A model generated the notes under the pieces. It did not search any database. It saw only the letters and a list, made by a program, of their open reading frames with translations, and was not told where the DNA came from. A stretch of 64,000 nucleotides of DNA, taken from a virus (taxonomy: Duplodnaviria; Caudoviricetes). Position numbers and translations under genes: made by a program. The DNA lies in IMG/VR virus record IMGVR_UViG_3300044655_001017, one strand, 5' to 3'. This document shows positions 62,750-64,000 of this stretch, piece after piece. Within the stretch, counting starts at the first letter, position 1; the number at the start of each line of letters is the position of its first letter.

Positions 62750-64000
62750 AGAATTAATGGACACTCTCGATAAGATTAATAAACCAATGTTATCAGAAGC
62801 GTTAACACTATCGGCAATTATTGCAATAACATCAGGATATGAACAAGATGACAAAGTTCGTATTCCTAAGTTAGCAGATCTTGCTAAACAAAACGGGTTA
62901 GAAGGGTTAGTTGATCCAGTAACTGGTCATTATATTAGTAACGAAGGCGATGAAGATGACGAAGTTCCCTTTGAAGTTGGCCAAAAATTAGCACAGGCTG
63001 GGTTACTTCCTAAAAATGCTAGATTAGAACAAGCAGGTTGGTTTGATAATCAAGACGTTTGGAATAAAGCAAATGCAGGATTAGTTGATCAAAGTTCGCA
63101 GATATCAGGTCAAGCAAATGATCTTGCTGACAAGATTAAAAAATTACAAGAGTTGTTTGGCAAATATGTTGAATTGTATAATAAAAAACATTCTGTAAAA
63201 ACAGGTGCTGCTCCAGTAGCAGGTGCTACTCCTCCTGGAATAGTTCCGCAAGGCGCACAAAATGTAATGAATCAAGCACACACTATGTTTAACAATGCAA
63301 CTGCAAATATGCCAGGAATGCAAGCTGCAATGAATAATATTCCAGGAATTAACAATATTCCTCCTGCAGTGAAAGAATCACAAGGTTTATCAAATGCGCT
63401 AATTGAGTCATTTGGGTACAATGTAGTAACAGAGGATGCTACAAGTGATCTAGCTGCAAAAGCAGTAGGTAAACGAATTCCCGGTTTAGGGTTAGCATTT
63501 GGTGCAAAAGACGCATATGACAGAGCTCAAAAGGGCGACTGGGCCGGAGCCGGTATAGCCGGTCTTTCAGGTCTTGCGTCGACTATTCCAGGTCTTGGTA
63601 CTGCAGCATCAATTGGATTAGATGGAGTTAACGCTGTTCGCGATTATGAATCAGATGATTCTAACGATATAGCCCCTACTAGTAACCCAATTGCACAACT
63701 ACAACAAATAATTGGTGCAACTCCTGATGGAAAATTTGGTCCAAAATCAGCAAAAGCATTGTCAGTTTGGCAAGAAAAAAATGGATTAATCCCAACTGGA
63801 AAACCGGATGCGCAAACATACGCAAAAGCAGGAATTGATATGAAACAACAAACTGTAGCAGAATCAATTGCATCACTACGTGACAGATTAGAAGCAATTG
63901 AAAACCAACCACATTTAGATGAAGGTGTAGGCGATTGGCTTAAAACTGGCTATAACGCAGCCAAAACTGCAGGAAAAGAATTTATGGGCGGATTTAACCG
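62739..64000 (+). CDS. large protein with peptidoglycan-binding domain, 3'-truncated by window edge
   Basis: Open frame MNFRELMDTLDKI... to the end; LQQIIGATPDGKFGPKS...WQEKNGL..TGKPDAQT. Confidence 0.7.
   Translation, partial: MNFRELMDTLDKINKPMLSEALTLSAIIAITSGYEQDDKVRIPKLADLAKQNGLEGLVDPVTGHYISNEGDEDDEVPFEVGQKLAQAGLLPKNARLEQAGWFDNQDVWNKANAGLVDQSSQISGQANDLADKIKKLQELFGKYVELYNKKHSVKTGAAPVAGATPPGIVPQGAQNVMNQAHTMFNNATANMPGMQAAMNNIPGINNIPPAVKESQGLSNALIESFGYNVVTEDATSDLAAKAVGKRIPGLGLAFGAKDAYDRAQKGDWAGAGIAGLSGLASTIPGLGTAASIGLDGVNAVRDYESDDSNDIAPTSNPIAQLQQIIGATPDGKFGPKSAKALSVWQEKNGLIPTGKPDAQTYAKAGIDMKQQTVAESIASLRDRLEAIENQPHLDEGVGDWLKTGYNAAKTAGKEFMGGFN

Noticed and set aside
1-64000. Stop-codon reassignment or suppressor tRNA
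   Set aside because: Long genes (up to 3849 aa) are intact under the standard code, TAG and TGA act as real stops, and no CUA/UCA/UUA anticodon tRNA was found

Overview
AT-rich 64 kb segment of a large (jumbo-type) dsDNA tailed phage using the standard genetic code, with host sigma70-like early promoters and T4-like late promoters (ATAAATA). It carries pmoC, whose sequence points to a gammaproteobacterial (Methylococcales-like) methanotroph host. Layout: 1-8.7 kb RNA-biology island (RNA ligase, 7 tRNAs, free-standing endonucleases, many structured non-coding RNAs, DUF2828/TROVE-like vWA protein); 8.8-20.8 kb accessory and host-takeover genes (RTX-like protein, kinase and phosphoesterases, IF-1, NtrC-like HTH, ClpP, pmoC, DNA ligase); 20.8-45.6 kb tail/baseplate genes plus UvsE and QueD; 45.6-64 kb replication helpers, lysis cassette, DnaJ/ClpA and conserved jumbo-phage hypotheticals. 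Main highlights: (1) ten dispersed copies of a covarying small-RNA scaffold, some carrying circularly permuted tRNA modules and some carrying anticodon-like hairpins, with an eleventh copy over the RBS of the adjacent TROVE/Ro60-like gene, suggesting a Ro60/Y-RNA-like ribonucleoprotein system; (2) pmoC split by an ORF-less group I intron inside the copper-site segment, next to a free-standing GIY-YIG endonuclease; (3) a stand-alone mimic of the 23S rRNA L11-binding (GTPase-associated) domain with a ~240-nt insertion. All family assignments are from motif recognition by eye; no searches were run.
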